Of a DNA stretch of 64,000 nucleotides, positions 1 to 13,914 are shown in pieces (positions within the stretch are counted from its first letter, which is position 1; each line of letters begins with the position of its first letter). Position numbers and translations under genes: made by a program. Origin of the DNA: Paraphysomonas bandaiensis (Eukaryota > Protista > Chrysophyceae); assembly GCA_965644295.1 (NCBI GenBank), contig CBFFRP010000406.1, positions 62,001-126,000 of the forward strand, read 5' to 3'. The notes beneath the pieces are model-generated. The model was not told the DNA's origin. It saw only the letters and a list, made by a program, of their open reading frames with translations, and did no database searches.

Positions 1-1302
1 GTCACAAGACGTACCACAGAAGCTACAAGCTGCTGAGAGAATCACACAAAGAACGTTGTAATTGGGACTATACATACCGTTGTTCTAGGTATGATGCGCT
101 CCGGGGCCGTCAATATAACGCGCTGTATTGCACCTACGGCGCAGGCGAAAGATACATTCAGGTCGGGCCCATTCTGAGAAGATGAAGAGAGGTGGGGCTC
201 AGGATGCACCTCAAAAGAGTCCGCCTCATTTGGAGAGGCTTCTATGTGCGCTGGTGATCTGGTCGCTCCAGGAGACAATGGTGTAGGTAACTGCACCGCA
301 CCGCATGATCCAACTACTGCCTCCATAACCTACCTCATGCAAACGTAATCACACAGCAGGAGTAGCACGAATCCAACAATCTACCTTTAAAGCTGCACTA
401 TGGCAGAGGACCTTGCTCTTTGGAGCATCAGGGAGTCTACTGTCCCGCCCAAATAGAGTGACAACAGGAAGAATGCTCCGGTAAAAAGCCATGAGACATG
501 AAACATTCTGAGTTGAGAAAAGCGCAAGTGCAGCACCAGCAACCTGGCCCGCGCCTATGTGATTACACAGTTCACATATGTTATAGGGTACCCAGAAATG
601 AGAACTGGAGCGACGAACCTGCGTGCTCTGCTATACTTGCACCAAGACACATCAATGACACTAGTGCGTCCGCAATACCATCAAGTACATATACCTCCGT
701 TCTGCTAACAGTAAACACAAATCATTTAACATTAAAATCCCGCACCTCTGGGCAAATATCGGCACCTGCCACAGTAGGTCCCCTGATAGACCCAACAACT
801 CCCTCGCCAGATGACTACTTTCCCCTTGCAACTGATATTCATTATCGTCGCCAGTATCGTTTTCATCATCATTTCCTCGTCGCCTCTTTTTTTCAGATAT
901 ATTCATACCATGAAGAATGTCATGTGCTGCTTTGCTAGCTATACCTGCAATACTGCATAGTACGGTCGCTGTTGATATGCCATATGCGGATGAAACTGGC
1001 ACTGAGCAGATATTCAATAAAAGTCTGTATGCCGTCAACCGTCCTGTCAAATCTGGCCCATCGATGGCATTAGAGTACGATATAGCCGCCAGCTCCATTA
1101 GAGCTGTATTACTCCACTCTTTGTGTTGACAATCATTTGTTTTGAAGATGTTAATCGCTTCATTCAGAGCGGATCGTTCCACAAACAGAAGTGGAAGTGA
1201 TGAGTCGCTATCACCTGAGCGAGACATATAAGACTGACAGTCATCTGAATTAATTTGATCGGCATTTAGCAACCCTCTTATGGACTCAATACGATCATCC
1301 AT
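1..1302 (-). CDS. Hypothetical protein, multi-exon, runs off the left edge of the window
   Basis: ORF 661..1302 (MDDRIESIRG...) continues through short GT-AG introns (e.g. ~661-694) into ORF 42..326. No recognisable motif. Confidence 0.6.
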
Positions 1303-1916
1303 TTCACTCTACTGCAGACTCAGGCTGCTCGCCTGGATAACACTATAAGATAATGGAACTAGAGAGAGATGCTGTAAGAGTACTCAACAAGGCAGTGTCT
1401 TAATGTGTTGAGTTCGGTAGAGATGCTGCTGAGCTCCACAGCAGGTCCATGTACAGTATAGTGTACACAGCACAGCGTATGCGTATACTGTACATATACA
1501 GCACACAGAGATGTATGTATTCGTTGACACTCTTTTCAAAATATTCCAATCCATTTTGAAATTTCTGTCCTGCTGCTGGTGAGTGTAGTGAGCAGTGGAG
1601 TACCATCACACATGTATACGAGAGTGCGCTGCACTGCTGTGTGCATATATATACACTGTATAATATACAGTATAGTATATCAATATGTCTGGTATACGTA
1701 TAAATACAGCAGTATACAGAGCATGCATCTGTGCAGGAGTGTGCGGAATGAAGAAGCAACAGAAGCGAAGTAAGTGTCTTGCAAATGCATGTGGTAGCTA
1801 TGAGCTATGAGCCTTGTCTACAACACGTCGATAGGCATGGAAGGAAGTGATGATAGTACCGTCTCGAATAACCACGACAGATAAACCCCTCGACTTACAC
1901 TGCATTCATCCTGTTG

Positions 1917-3612
1917 ATGCCTCCCACATCACACGAGATACACTCTGCCTCTGCTGTGTCTCCTCAGCAGGATACCAGTCGAGTTGAATCCGCCTCTTCG
2001 TATGAAAGGGTTGCATCGCCTTTACCGGAGAATACGTGCATGCCGTTATGCTTTTGTTTCAAGAAAGATGATGATCGGAAGGCAGCGCTGATAGTGTTGG
2101 CGGCTGTGTTATACTACTTTTCGATTGGACTTACAAGCATATCATTAGCACTTCTAATAAATGAACGAATCGCAGGAAGAGCGGAACATCCTAATAGTTC
2201 CAGCGTACTTGTATACACTACAGTTGTATTTATTCACAGTACATGCAGCTTCATATTTGGCCGGTATACGTCAGGACTAGGAGACTACCTCGGTAGAAAG
2301 CCGATGCTGGTGATATCCAGCCTTGTAGCTATTCTGACTAGATACCTTTACTATAGCTCTACATCACCCCCAATGTTTTATGTTGCTGCTACTTTGTCTG
2401 GAGCACTTGACTTATACTACTTCACTTCTCTGGCGTGGATTTGCGACCTCTTTCGGGAGGGTCCTCAGCGCAGCAAGAGAGTGGGAATATTTAGCGGTAC
2501 TGTTGGTGGTCTAACTCTTACTATAGCTGCACCTCTTGGGGCTATTCTAGCCAAGTATGTAAGTCCCGGGTTCCCGTTTTTGATTGCACCGTTACTGTCT
2601 CTTCTCTGCGCAGTCGTGCTGGTGGTGATGCCAGTGGATGACACTCTGGGTGTCCACAAGACCACAGAGGAAGCGTTCTACGTCACTTCTTCTCGCTCTT
2701 TGCCTGCCCGTGCAAGCGTGTACCTCGCAGAGCACTTCCCTATTAGTCCCGGGTCTCTGGCCATTATACGTCGTGCCCGCCATCCTCTAGACTGGCTAAC
2801 TAACTTGCTGATGCATATCACCACGTCCGTAATGCTCGTGATGTTCATCCAATATATGCTGGCAGTGTTTCATTGGTCTGGGCCTGTTGCCTCTGGAGCG
2901 GTTTTATTTGTGGGGCTTTGTCTTGGAGTATGCGCGCCTATCCTGTTGCATCACTTCGACCCCGTACCTTTTGCATTCTATGCAATGTTCGCCTTCACTG
3001 TGGGGCTTTCTTTACTTGCTGCCGCAGGAACGGGGGTAGGACGAGTGCAAGCATTGGGAGTACTTGGCGTAATATGCCTTGGATTAGGTATATCATGGGT
3101 ACCAGCGCTGCAGAGTAATATCACATCACAGTACGGGCCAGACGTCCAAGGTATTTCTTGACTGCTATTGACCACCTATCATCATGGCATTTTCCCTGTG
3201 ATGTTCACCTGCTGATTCCTGTCACAGGGGTTGTTAGTGGAATGCTTGGACAACAAAATGACTTCTCTGTTTGGCCCAGTTACGTTTTGAGTCTTGGGTT
3301 TACTTTTTCCCTTAAGAGAGATGAGGCTTTTTATTGGCCAGGATCGACTTTCGCTGCGGTGAGTATTCTTAAAAGTCTAAAAGTATGACTCACACAATTG
3401 TTATATAGGCTGCTGTTATAGGTGTGACCTGCTTGATTCTTCACTACTACATATATGGGTTGGAGGCACTTGTACTTACTCGCAGAGCTAGATCCAAAGA
3501 GACTCCTGTTGGGTCGAAGCGATTAGAGGCTGATACTTTAGGAATTTTATCGCATATGGATGATTGTGATGAAGTATCAACAACAGATAACCTTGAGATG
3601 ACAGCGCCCTAA
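1917..3612 (+). CDS. Major facilitator superfamily transporter (TetA/DHA1-like), with introns near the 3' end
   Basis: Many hydrophobic helices and MFS motif A (GLGDYLGRKP). Further exons at ~3229-3358 and ~3410-3612. Confidence 0.85.
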
Positions 3613-3905
3613 TTTCAAGCGCTGTTATATATGACTATTTTACTTTACAATTTCATCATTAATACACTTGACATACATCTTATATATGACTATTTATTGC
3701 ATAATATGGGTATTCCTTTTGCTAGAACTAATTAAGAGGTAACAGAAGTTAGCCACTAAAAATTATTACATATTTTGTTCAAGAAACGCAAATTTAGCCA
3801 TACTATAATAATAGGAAGTCACCAGAATTCGAATCGTCCACAGGTTGAACGTACGTTGATGTTTTGCCAACCCTAACCCTAATCGAATAGTTTAGGTATA
3901 TGCAC

Positions 3906-3945
3906 CAGGGCTGCGTATCCATTAAAATTGTCAATTATTGAAACT
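3906..3945 (+). mobile_element. Isolated hAT-type TIR remnant
   Basis: CAGGGCTGCGTATC...AATTGTCAATTATTGAAA matches the termini of the elements at 12237 and 53138. No partner TIR found. Confidence 0.55.
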
Positions 3946-4445
3946 GTGATATCTTGCTATTATGCGGGTTTGTGTTACGTCTAATTCCAAGTAAAATGGA
4001 GCATGTTAAGCTGGTGTAATTTCGGGATGACTTGAAATTCTGTCAGTGTGTGTGCTAATAGAATTATAAAATGCGATTTCGTCGCCCGACATCAGTACTC
4101 GTTCTCATAATACAGTTGATCACAAGAGTATATTTCCAATTTCCATTAACAGTCACAATTCCAATACCTTTGAACTATAGCTTTTAATTGTTCTAATAAT
4201 TATTGAATATTTAACTTATTACACAATAATTACAATACTTTAAGTCTTGGTGTTCTGTTATTTTATTTCAAGCTGTTCGTCGAAACCATCCATACCATTA
4301 TTTTATTTCAAAAGAGATAATAAATATATAATGTAGAATCCTAAACATTCGCTATTCCCGTAAGACCGAGAATGATAACACTTACTGCGCCACTAATATA
4401 TCGGCACAACAATATATTACAAGCAAATCTACAAAACGGAAACCG

Positions 4446-6139
4446 CTAACTAACTCTAGAACTATCCGACATACTTTCCTCATTTACATCGGCAGTACTG
4501 TCGCTGTCTTCAGTGCATTCCATATTCTCTTTCCGCTTTAAAGCTCTTCTGAATCCCCTCCGTCTACTGAAGGACTGCTCAACTGATCCGCTACCAGTAT
4601 CACGCAAAATTGAGGCTACTAGCTCCCTGAAGGAAAGAAACAGGTGGTTAGATAATACTCACTCCAGAGAGGAAAGCTTACGAAGATGAATCGTCGTATA
4701 TATTAGTGGCACGACCCTCGATTCCAGCCCTTGATGCCCTTCCCACTCTGTGCATGTGCTGTACGACGTTGAGAGCAAACTGCGCTTGTATGACATGTCG
4801 CACAGAAGGGAGGTCCAGTCCCCTATAAACAGTACAATTGGCTATAGGAGCAAACACCAGCGGGGTAGGTACCTTGATGCTGCATCGGTGCATACTAAGA
4901 CGGAGACGTCCCCCTCTCTGAAGTTCTGCAGGTCCGCACGCCGCTTCTCTCGGTGCGCTAGTTTGTGAAATTCTCCACAGTTCACGCCAGCATCTCGTAG
5001 TGCACCAGCTAACGCAACTGCATCTTCCGCCGTGTTCGCGAAGATCATCGTCGGTTCTGTTTCCTGAAGCGCATTGATCACTGTCTCTACAACGTCCTCC
5101 GGTTCTATCTTCAAAAACTTTTGTGCTATGCGGGGGTGATGTCGATGTAGATGGTCAGATGTAACACGTAGAGCCCTGGGAAAGAATGATGCAATGCTGC
5201 GCTCGACGGACAGGGAGCCTTGGGAAGGGAGCGTAGCTGCAGATAACACAAACTGCACAGTCGGTTCATGTACCCGCACCCGACCCTCCCGAATAGCACG
5301 GCGGTGGGTAACCTTAAGGGCTTCGAGTATGCGATCTACGTCCCGTCTGAATGATCCCTCCAGCAACATGTCTGCCTCATCCAACACAAGATACCGCAAG
5401 GAGTCGAAAAGCCGCGGTTCCAATATACGCGGGCCCCGAACGAATGAAGCCAACAGTGCTGGAGTACACACGAGGATATCAGGTGCTTCCAAACTGGAGG
5501 AAGCGTATGGCCAATGTCCATCCACCAGTGTGACGGCCTCTACAGAATAAGTAAGATGATGTCAGAAAACTACTAAGTTTCAACCAACCACAGGTAATTT
5601 GGCGATCAACTTCCTGCTTGTACAGTTGTGACAGAACCTCATGTATCATCCAGATCACCTGTATAAAGTACAGGAATTATTCCGTGATATTTGTGCTTCA
5701 AAGTGCAAACCTGCCCACATAAGTCTTTGTTTGGAACCATTACAACAGCAACGGGATGTTGTGAGGATGTCCTTGCCTCTCCACTAAGCAAGCGGTGAAT
5801 AAGTGGTACCGCATAGGCGAGGGTCTTCCCACTGCCTGTCTCAGCGCCGATCACCACATCACGACCACTTGCAATACCAGGGAATGCTGCAGCTTGAATA
5901 GCAGTCGCCTCGCTCTTGTTGCAGGCTTTGAGAGCAGCAACCAATGAAGGCGACACTCCTAAGCTCTCGAAGGAAACCAAAGTGCCATCCTCTGATTCCC
6001 CGAATAAGTAACGATTTCTATCGGGAACAGTCACTTTCACTGATGATTGATCGCATAGAGAACGACAGCGAGACAGTCGAGAGACCAGTCGCCCGCCTGC
6101 ACTACCGTTAACAGACACACACAACATACGAATAGACAC
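4446..6139 (-). CDS. DEAD-box RNA helicase (plant RH22/DDX28-like, possibly organellar)
   Basis: Q motif, AETGSGKT, VPNKDL, DEAD, SAAT, RGLD and HRVGRASRAG, plus C-terminal AFSRRRGFR. Split by short introns, with the stop at 4446. Confidence 0.9.
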
Positions 6140-6798
6140 TCACTGCGCGATAATGAACGGAGAGTCATCACCAGTTCAAACAGATGCGACAGATCTGTAT
6201 GTGATAGTTATGTTGCTCAGCTGGACGATACACGATCAAAACAGAACAACTCACACCATACACACACTGTTGCTGTACATCTCCACACACACACTGCTGC
6301 TGTACACACACCATACACACACACTGCTGCTGTACACACACACACACTCTGTTGCTGTACACACACACTGCTCACACACACACTGCTGTACATTTGCTGC
6401 TTATGTCCAGTGGTATACAGCAGCAGAGTGTAGTTGTACTTCTATACGGTGTACCTGTACGCAGTGACAGTTGGAATTCCTCATGCTGTGTATGTGTATG
6501 ATATGTACTCTGCGTGGATCCATATACTGTGCGGTATACTGTACTCTGTGGATGTACTGTACACATAACTGTCTATCGCCATTACGACTGCTTTTGCTTG
6601 GAGCTTAAGTTGTGTTGTCTACTGTACCTGCAAGCATATATCTATCGCCACCTTGTAATCTCACCACACTTCTCGTCATGTAATCTCAATTGTTCCACCC
6701 CTCCATACTGATAGATCGGTATATTATATAGTGCACAACATGCCCCTCAATCTGATGTGAGGTGCATCCAGTGCAGTGCAGGTGTTTTGTAGTGTGTA

Positions 6799-9700
6799 AT
6801 GAAAACCGTCAGTGAAGCAGAAGTGTGTGTTAAGCGCAAAGCATTCCAGCGTTTGAAATCATGCTCAGAAGCGAGGCAGTGCATCTATCTCGCCTTTGAG
6901 CATCGCGGTCTGCTCCAGAGAGGATTTAATCAACTTCGGAGGTCAATTCTTTATCGAAAGTGCAGGAGGTTTAGAAGACGGAAGATACTCTCCAAATGCT
7001 TAAGGCGATGGCTGCAATATATCATGTCGCGCCCTGTGACACCAATCCTAAAGGGTTTGGTCGCTTTGTCTTGCTTTAAATGGATTCGTTGGACCATTGC
7101 CCATGGCTCGTCACGACAATATTCGACATGGATTCACGATGAAAATTATTTCTCCCCACATATGCGGCGCCATAATGTGCTTGGCTATGTATCATTGCCG
7201 ATGAAGAACATGCCACTTTTTCTACATGCGGTAGCACTTGTTGATGCGTACCTCCTGCGATCATCGTTTCTCGCTTTGAAGACCTTCTACGTTGCTGTTG
7301 TCCGTATCAGGGCGAAATCCCAAATGGAAAATAAACGTTATCGATTTGATTGTTGGCGTCACGCGGCGATAGCACAACAATTTCAAAGAAGGGCATCGCA
7401 AACGTTGCGATGGAGGCAAAATTATAGATATACGCTATTCGGGTTTCGGCAGTGGCGAACTGCTTACAAACTGTCAATGTATCTGCGGACTGTGAAACAA
7501 CAAAAACTTGTAGCTGGCTTTTGGAACATTTGGCGGACGATATACATCTCTCAAATGCGGGCTACGGAGAACTGGACTCGTGCCGTAGCTCTACAGTCTG
7601 TCAGGTCTGCAAGTGGTGCAATTGCTGAATGGTGGCATGTTGCGTCTGGACAGAAGACTTCACGCTTACTCGTGCTTCGGGCAGAGACCTTCAGACGATT
7701 GATATTAAGACGAAAAGCCTTCGTAAAGTGGGCTTATCGTGTTAGATCTCCATGGTTCATGGCTTCATCCCAGTGGTCTCTGCGTGCTCCCATTAAGCCA
7801 ATACCTTCTGCCCCTGTACTCATACTTAGAGAAAGCCGAGCGTCTCTCTGGCACCACACAATATTAGGCTGTTGTATGGTATCTAGTCGTTTACACCACG
7901 CCCTTTTAAGCTGGAGATGGCGCGTACTTCGTTGTCGTTGGCTTAGTACCCGTGCAAAGGCTGTGGAAAATGTGACGGTCAGAGGGTTATTGGAAAAAAG
8001 TTTCGGGAGCTGGCTCACTCAGGCAGTGCACCTGATGAGCATTCAGAGGAGAGCTAACAAAGTTGTAATAAACCGGTTTAGAAGACTTCTAAAGAGTGCT
8101 TTTATTTCTTGGTATAACAGTGCAAGGTATATGCTTCAGCTACGCTTAGAGGCAGTTCAGGCGGAACGTCAACGTATCAAGGACCTCAATGACAAACTGG
8201 AGTTATGGAGATATGCATCTGTAGAGTATACTCTAAAACGTGTTTTGGTTGCATGGCGAGTGCTAGTGCGTCGCATCAAACATGGGAAAATATTGAAAAG
8301 GTCATTGGTAAAGTCTGTTTTCAGGCAGTATCTATATTTGGCACTCCGAAAGTGGGAGCTTGTAACAAATGTGTCGACGATTGTGACTTGTATGCAAAAG
8401 TTATGGAGAGGATATTTTGTAAGGAATGTGCAGTACAGATGGCAGCGCCAGTATATAGAGTGGATTTTCAGTGGCATTGTACGTCGCTCATTAATGCAGT
8501 ATCGTATGAATACGAAGAAGCGTGTTATCAGTTGCTGGAAAGGATTGGTAAACGATTTTTGCCTTGCCCGTGAACGAAACACTGTTCGTGTCGTTCTGTC
8601 TCGGTCTTTGAAGCAACTTCTCAAGCGATCGAGGTGTTTAAATGCCACAAGATCTCGACAGTCGACCGTGGCACTGGAGTTAACATATAGGCTCTGTAGA
8701 GATGTTTTTAGTGCATTCCGTAGAAATAAATATATACGAAACGCGTATATCGTTGCGGCTGTAACCCACAGAAGGCGTTGTCTCCTCTCGGGTTTCCGGA
8801 AACTTGGACGGATGTTTACTTTTTATAGGGAAAGAACTCATTGTTTCGGGATTTATTACGGAGGTTTTCGAATGAATCAGCACCACAGGAGAGAGCTTAG
8901 ATGTTATATCCTTGGGCATGCCCTCCACCGTTGGCTCAAAACTGTGAAGTTTAGTTTGCATAAGCATAGGCTCATGCGACTGGCCAGGAAACATTTTTTG
9001 AAAAAGTTTATTGGTGTAATACGGTCATGGAAGTGGCGAGCTTCAAGATGGGCGCTAACAGAAAATCATCCAATCATGTTAGCGCATGCATTTTATATCA
9101 AGAGGTTAAAGTATTTCGGGTTTCACGCATTGCGCAAGCGTTTGTTTCGATATCATACATCATTGTCTCACCAGACCAGGCTTCTGCGTATTGTAGCTCG
9201 AAAGTATCAAAGAAAACAAATTAGAAGTGCCCTCGTAGGGTGGTCTCGGGTAGTTGTACGAAATAGGATGCTAAGGGGTTGCGCCTTTCGCATTTTGGTG
9301 AAGCCAGTATTCTGCATGTGGCACCAGAAGTTCATACGCCATCGCGTATATTCTATAAAGATATTCAAGATTAGGGTGAAAACGATGAAGCGGGTTGCGA
9401 AAGGTGTGTTTCTAGCTTGGAGTCTTTATACAGTGCGATCAAGAAGGCAGACCAGACTTTTTATCAAAGTGCGTGAGGCGGTTGAGTGGAATATCAAACG
9501 AAGGGCACTACACTTGTGGTTCACCGCAAAGAGAGATATATTACTTGTACAGAACTATACCATTCTCGTTCGTCAGCACGAGTCAAATTTACAACAGAGA
9601 GCTTTGTGTCAATGGCAACGCGCCCTTCACACTGCTCATATGCATTCCCGAAAGGTAACACATAAAGTATTTCATCACTGGGCCAAGATAGTTCTGGATG

Positions 9701-11398
9701 CTGCTGTCGAAAGAGGTGCGCACGACAGAGCATTGGTGTATCATCTTGTGTCTAGTTTACACTCTGCGATACATAAGTGGGTGAAGCGATGTCGTCTGGT
9801 CCGGTGGTTTCGCGATGATGGTGTCAGCGAACAATATGCCATGGTTTGTTGGCGTGTGAAAAAAAAATTTCGGTATTGGAGGAAGTGGAGTTGGTGGATG
9901 GGCCGTAGAGTTTTGCATGGGCGGGTGAGATTTGTTGTGCCTGCCAGTTCAGATTCTTCACGTAATCTATCGCGAAGTCAGCTTGGAGTTTACTTCGGCA
10001 GTGGAGTTGGATTACTTAACGAGTCCAGTACACTTCAGGAGAGACGCTTCAGTCTCAGAAGTCCTCTCCTCATCTGTGGACGTACTCCGCTAGCTCACGA
10101 AACGTGTCAACGTCGTGCAATTCGTGTGTGGCACAGGCAAGTTAAGACAACTATGTGTGCGTTTTTTGCCATCGTATATATGCACATATATATTGTTCTG
10201 TAATAGTGGAAAATTTTGCAGGTATGCTGTTATCCAAAGTAAAGTCAGGAGACGGGAGCTCTTAATTTCATGCTTTGTCGCTTGGAAAAAATTTTCTCAT
10301 GTACTTGTGCACAAAAGGATGGCTTTTGCCAATCGATTAAAATCATTTCAAAGGTTCTATATGTTGCAGTACGCATTTCATGGGATAGCAGAGTGCAACA
10401 GATCCAAAAGTCTAATGCGACTAGCATGTGCAGAATATAATCGGAAACGAATGAGACTTGTCATGGGAGCACTACAGGAGAATGTCCTTGAGAGGAGTAG
10501 AGAGAAGAGATCTAAAGTTGTGGTATGTCGATGGTTGTCAGAAACTGTTAACTACCACCGCACCCAAGAAGTTCGGTTTGCGTTTTCAACATGGAAGATC
10601 CGAGTGAATTTAGTGGGACCTGGAGGAATAGCTGTTGCCGAAAACTATAAGTACCAGGCGTTTTTGAGATGGAGACAACTGCTTATAGCCCGCAGAGTGT
10701 ATCATGAACGGTTGCTTCATAAAGCCTACTACAGATGGGTAAACCGAGTTCATAAAGTTCATATTACCAGAAAAGAAATTCTGGCAAAGCAACATGCTGC
10801 GCGCATTGCACTGACGAGGTTTAATATTTCATAGCTATCTAAATGACAGTTCATTAAGTTTATATTTAGATTTAAAAGGATACGTTACGATGCCATGGTA
10901 TCCGCATTTAGTCGCTGGAAATTTAAGCACCATGCTACGTATGACCGTTTGGCTTACACCCCTGCGGATGACGCTGAAGGTGATCGATTCTTTAGTCGTA
11001 TTCATAATCTTGACTATTTTTTATCAGAATGGAGATCACATATAGCTACGTCTCGTCTTTCAGCAGTATCGCTTGCTTCAAGACGCAATGTAACGGTGTC
11101 TTCTCTCTTTCGAGGGGAGGCACAATCGAATTCTCCTGTTGCTACTCCCAAGCGAACCAGATTTTTCGACGACGATAACAACTCCTCTATACATCATAGC
11201 AGCTATATATCACATCAAAACTCGAAGCTCACGGCATCGGCACTTGCCACTCCTACCACTACAGTTTACAGTCCTAGTCCAGCCACACCCAGTGTGAGGG
11301 GTCGTGATACACCAGTACTGCATGGATTAGGGTACAGCCCCTTGTTTCGGAGGAGAGTACCTAACACAAAAGGCGATATGAACATAGATGAGCTGTAA
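6799..11398 (+). CDS. Sfi1-like repeat protein (centrin-binding repeats) with an IQ-like motif
   Basis: Very basic protein with recurring L/F-x3-F-x2-W-[RK] repeats and MQKLWRGYFVR. ORFs 6799..10203, 10115..10834 and 10895..11398 are joinable through short introns. Confidence 0.7.
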
Positions 11399-12236
11399 TT
11401 GCAAGCAACACGTCAGAATATTTGCTGATATATATACTTTGCTGTCATATATGCGTAGCATAATTTTAGTTTCAGCTGAGTGGAGTATTGTCATGAGAAA
11501 GTTTTATCTTTACTCTTTCTATTTGTTCTTATTTCAGTTAACCTTATCTTTAGGTCGTTTCTTATTGGATATCGATATTAATATTATTGTATTCAGTTAT
11601 GCTCAATCGTAGTTTCCCATACCTTGTGTTAACACAATATTTCCTATGCTCAACACCACACCTGATGAGTGTGTGTGCTTGTTTGTAAGCAATTGCACGA
11701 TGTATTTTAAGGTATTCGTATAATACTTGAAGAATACATAAAATGAAACTGTATAACATGACTCTATGATGTGATATGAAATATATTGACTGTATAAGAT
11801 CGTGACACACACACGCCGCCGTCGACGAAAGAAGTGATAAATAGGATTTATCTATTTCCTTTTCTCGTCAATGCTGTGTGTGAGTAACTATCTACCTAAG
11901 TCGAGGTAATACCAATACCTGGTGAAATGAATATATTGAAAGTCTTTTATTTAGCAAAAGGCGTTAAAAGCCTGCACCGATTTAGTAGCTAGATGAATGC
12001 TAGGCAAACTAGTTAGACTACCTGTAACTATTTAACGCTACGAAAGCTGCTTGTGCGTCGTCCGCAAGCACCTTAACGTGCAACCACTTCCGTTCAGAGT
12101 GTACTTAAGATGAACATCCCGGATGATTAACTTCAGCAGGCAGCCCAATACCCCAGTTACCTTTCAGGTGGGCCCTGTCCCGGATGCCCTTGTGGTGGGC
12201 CCATTTCCAGATACCTGTTTATTCGTCAGGACCCAA

Positions 12237-13914
12237 CAGGGCTGCGTAACAATTAATTGAATTGCAATTAATTGTAATCGCAATTAAATTGCATGGAACA
12301 TACGTAATAATTGCAATTATAATTGCTCGCTGTATAATATATATTGAATGTCTTTTATTTAGCAATAGGCGTTAAAAACTCGTTCCGATATAGTGGCTAG
12401 TTGAATGCTAGATCTACTAGTTAGACCTCTACCCATAACTAATCAGCACAAATTCTATTATCCTACTATTTAACGCTACAGAAGCTGCTTGTGCGTCGCC
12501 GCAAGCACCAAGGTGCAACCACTTCCGTTCTTGATGTTGTGTGTGAGTTCGCCCTGCTCGTGTGTCTGAGGACTCACTGGCGCGTGTTGTCCGGGGGTCT
12601 CCCCTTGGGATAAGGTTCCGCCTGGCTCTGAGGTACCGGGCTCTGTATTAAGGTCCTGAGTGTACCGAGCACTAGATGTGTGTGGATTGAAAGGTTGATG
12701 GTGTGGTGGAGTGTAGCGGTGTCACCATGCATCGTCTGGGCGTTGGGCATAGGAGGAGTTGCCGGAGACGTCGTCGCCGTTGTCTAGGGCCTGTTGGTTT
12801 CATACGGTCCGGTGCTATGGTCCTTTGTGTATGGTTGGGAGGGTTCATAGGTGCGGTGGGCGGTGTTCCAGTCTTGGTTCGTCTGTGGATTCCTAGTAAT
12901 CTCAGCACCCTTGGGCGTTTCCGTTTCTGTCTTTGTTGTGGACTCGGCCGCGGTAGTAGCCTTGGGGGACCTTTCCGTAGGGTCACGTATCTTCTACTTC
13001 GATCTTGGATCATGAGCTTTGCTGCAGCGAAAAGCGGTAGCAGTAATTTGATGATCGCTGATTCGATGTTGCGCAGTCCTTGGGATGTCAGTGACTCATG
13101 GATGTGATCTCCAAAAACCATTTCAAGCTGTGTAGTTGTGATGGTACCCGTCCAGAATCTCTCCACCTGTGGCACGGAAGGGTTCCAGGCCCTGCTGGAG
13201 AGTCGCTGTAGTACAGTGGTGGTCCATTGGGGTAGTTCCGGATTTCTCATTTCTTCTAGAAGCGCGTTTTTGTGGCTGTGAAAAGCAGACTCCCTTATCT
13301 GCGTTAAGGTGTCGTTCTCGCTGTATAAGGTTGCAATTAAATTGCAATCAATCGGCAATTATTAACTATATATAGTATAAGAGCACATAATATTAGAAAA
13401 TAAAGTTGCAAAACATGAAGGACGATGGCCATTTATTGCCCTTAATGGCTATTACAATAGTGGGAAGGTTGGCCTCTCATTATAACGTTTTCTTTACATT
13501 AAAAGAAAGGTACTGTTTTTTGAACGGTCGATTATGTGTCATTCCTCTTGATTTTGAGCTACAAAACTTAGTTCAGCTCGATCCACAGTGTATAATATGT
13601 AATGCTCAATACCCCTCTAGTTGAAGATATATGTCTATATGTAGTGTGGCAATCATGTTCTTCCGATCCTGGATGCCTTACAGGACACTGCAGGGTTAAG
13701 TTCACTACGAACTGGATGTGCAGCGGTATGAACATGGATTATCAGGGCTTTTTACTATCCTGGATAATTAGAGTTTTGACCACATGTAAATATCATACTC
13801 TGTCAATTATATCATCATACGGTTGAAGATGCTATACGTGTTTGCAATGAGTAACTAAGTTAATTAGACAACAATTGGTACAATTAAATTGCAATTATTA
13901 GTTTCGCAGCCCTG
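12237..13914. mobile_element. Non-autonomous hAT DNA transposon
   Basis: Termini CAGGGCTGCG...CGCAGCCCTG, subterminal CAATTAATTG arrays and an 8-bp TSD GGACCCAA (12229-12236 and 13915-13922). Confidence 0.85.
12338..13316 (-). mobile_element. 5'-truncated non-LTR retrotransposon (LINE): C-terminal ORF remnant plus 3' UTR
   Basis: 12-bp TSD CTCGCTGTATAA (12326-12337 and 13317-13328). Open frame from the insert edge to 12672. The 3' end reads AATAAAAGACATTCAATATATA, and the last ~190 nt are shared with the SINE family. No RT domain is included, so LINE identity is inferred. Confidence 0.7.

Noticed and set aside
3869-3882. AACCCTAACCCTAA telomere-like repeat
   Set aside because: Only about two units, too short to call an interstitial telomere.
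6250-6390. (CA)n/CTGCTGTA repeats and the short ORFs across them
   Set aside because: Low-complexity upstream sequence. Not a CRISPR array and not coding.
12460-12490. CGTTAAATAG in the SINE/LINE tail resembling the pistol ribozyme linker
   Set aside because: The flanking P1 hairpin and pseudoknot are missing, and the motif is not conserved in copies B, C and D.
12703-13375. Plus-strand ORFs over the LINE fragment and other antisense ORFs in the track
   Set aside because: Shadow frames of real coding sequence on the opposite strand.
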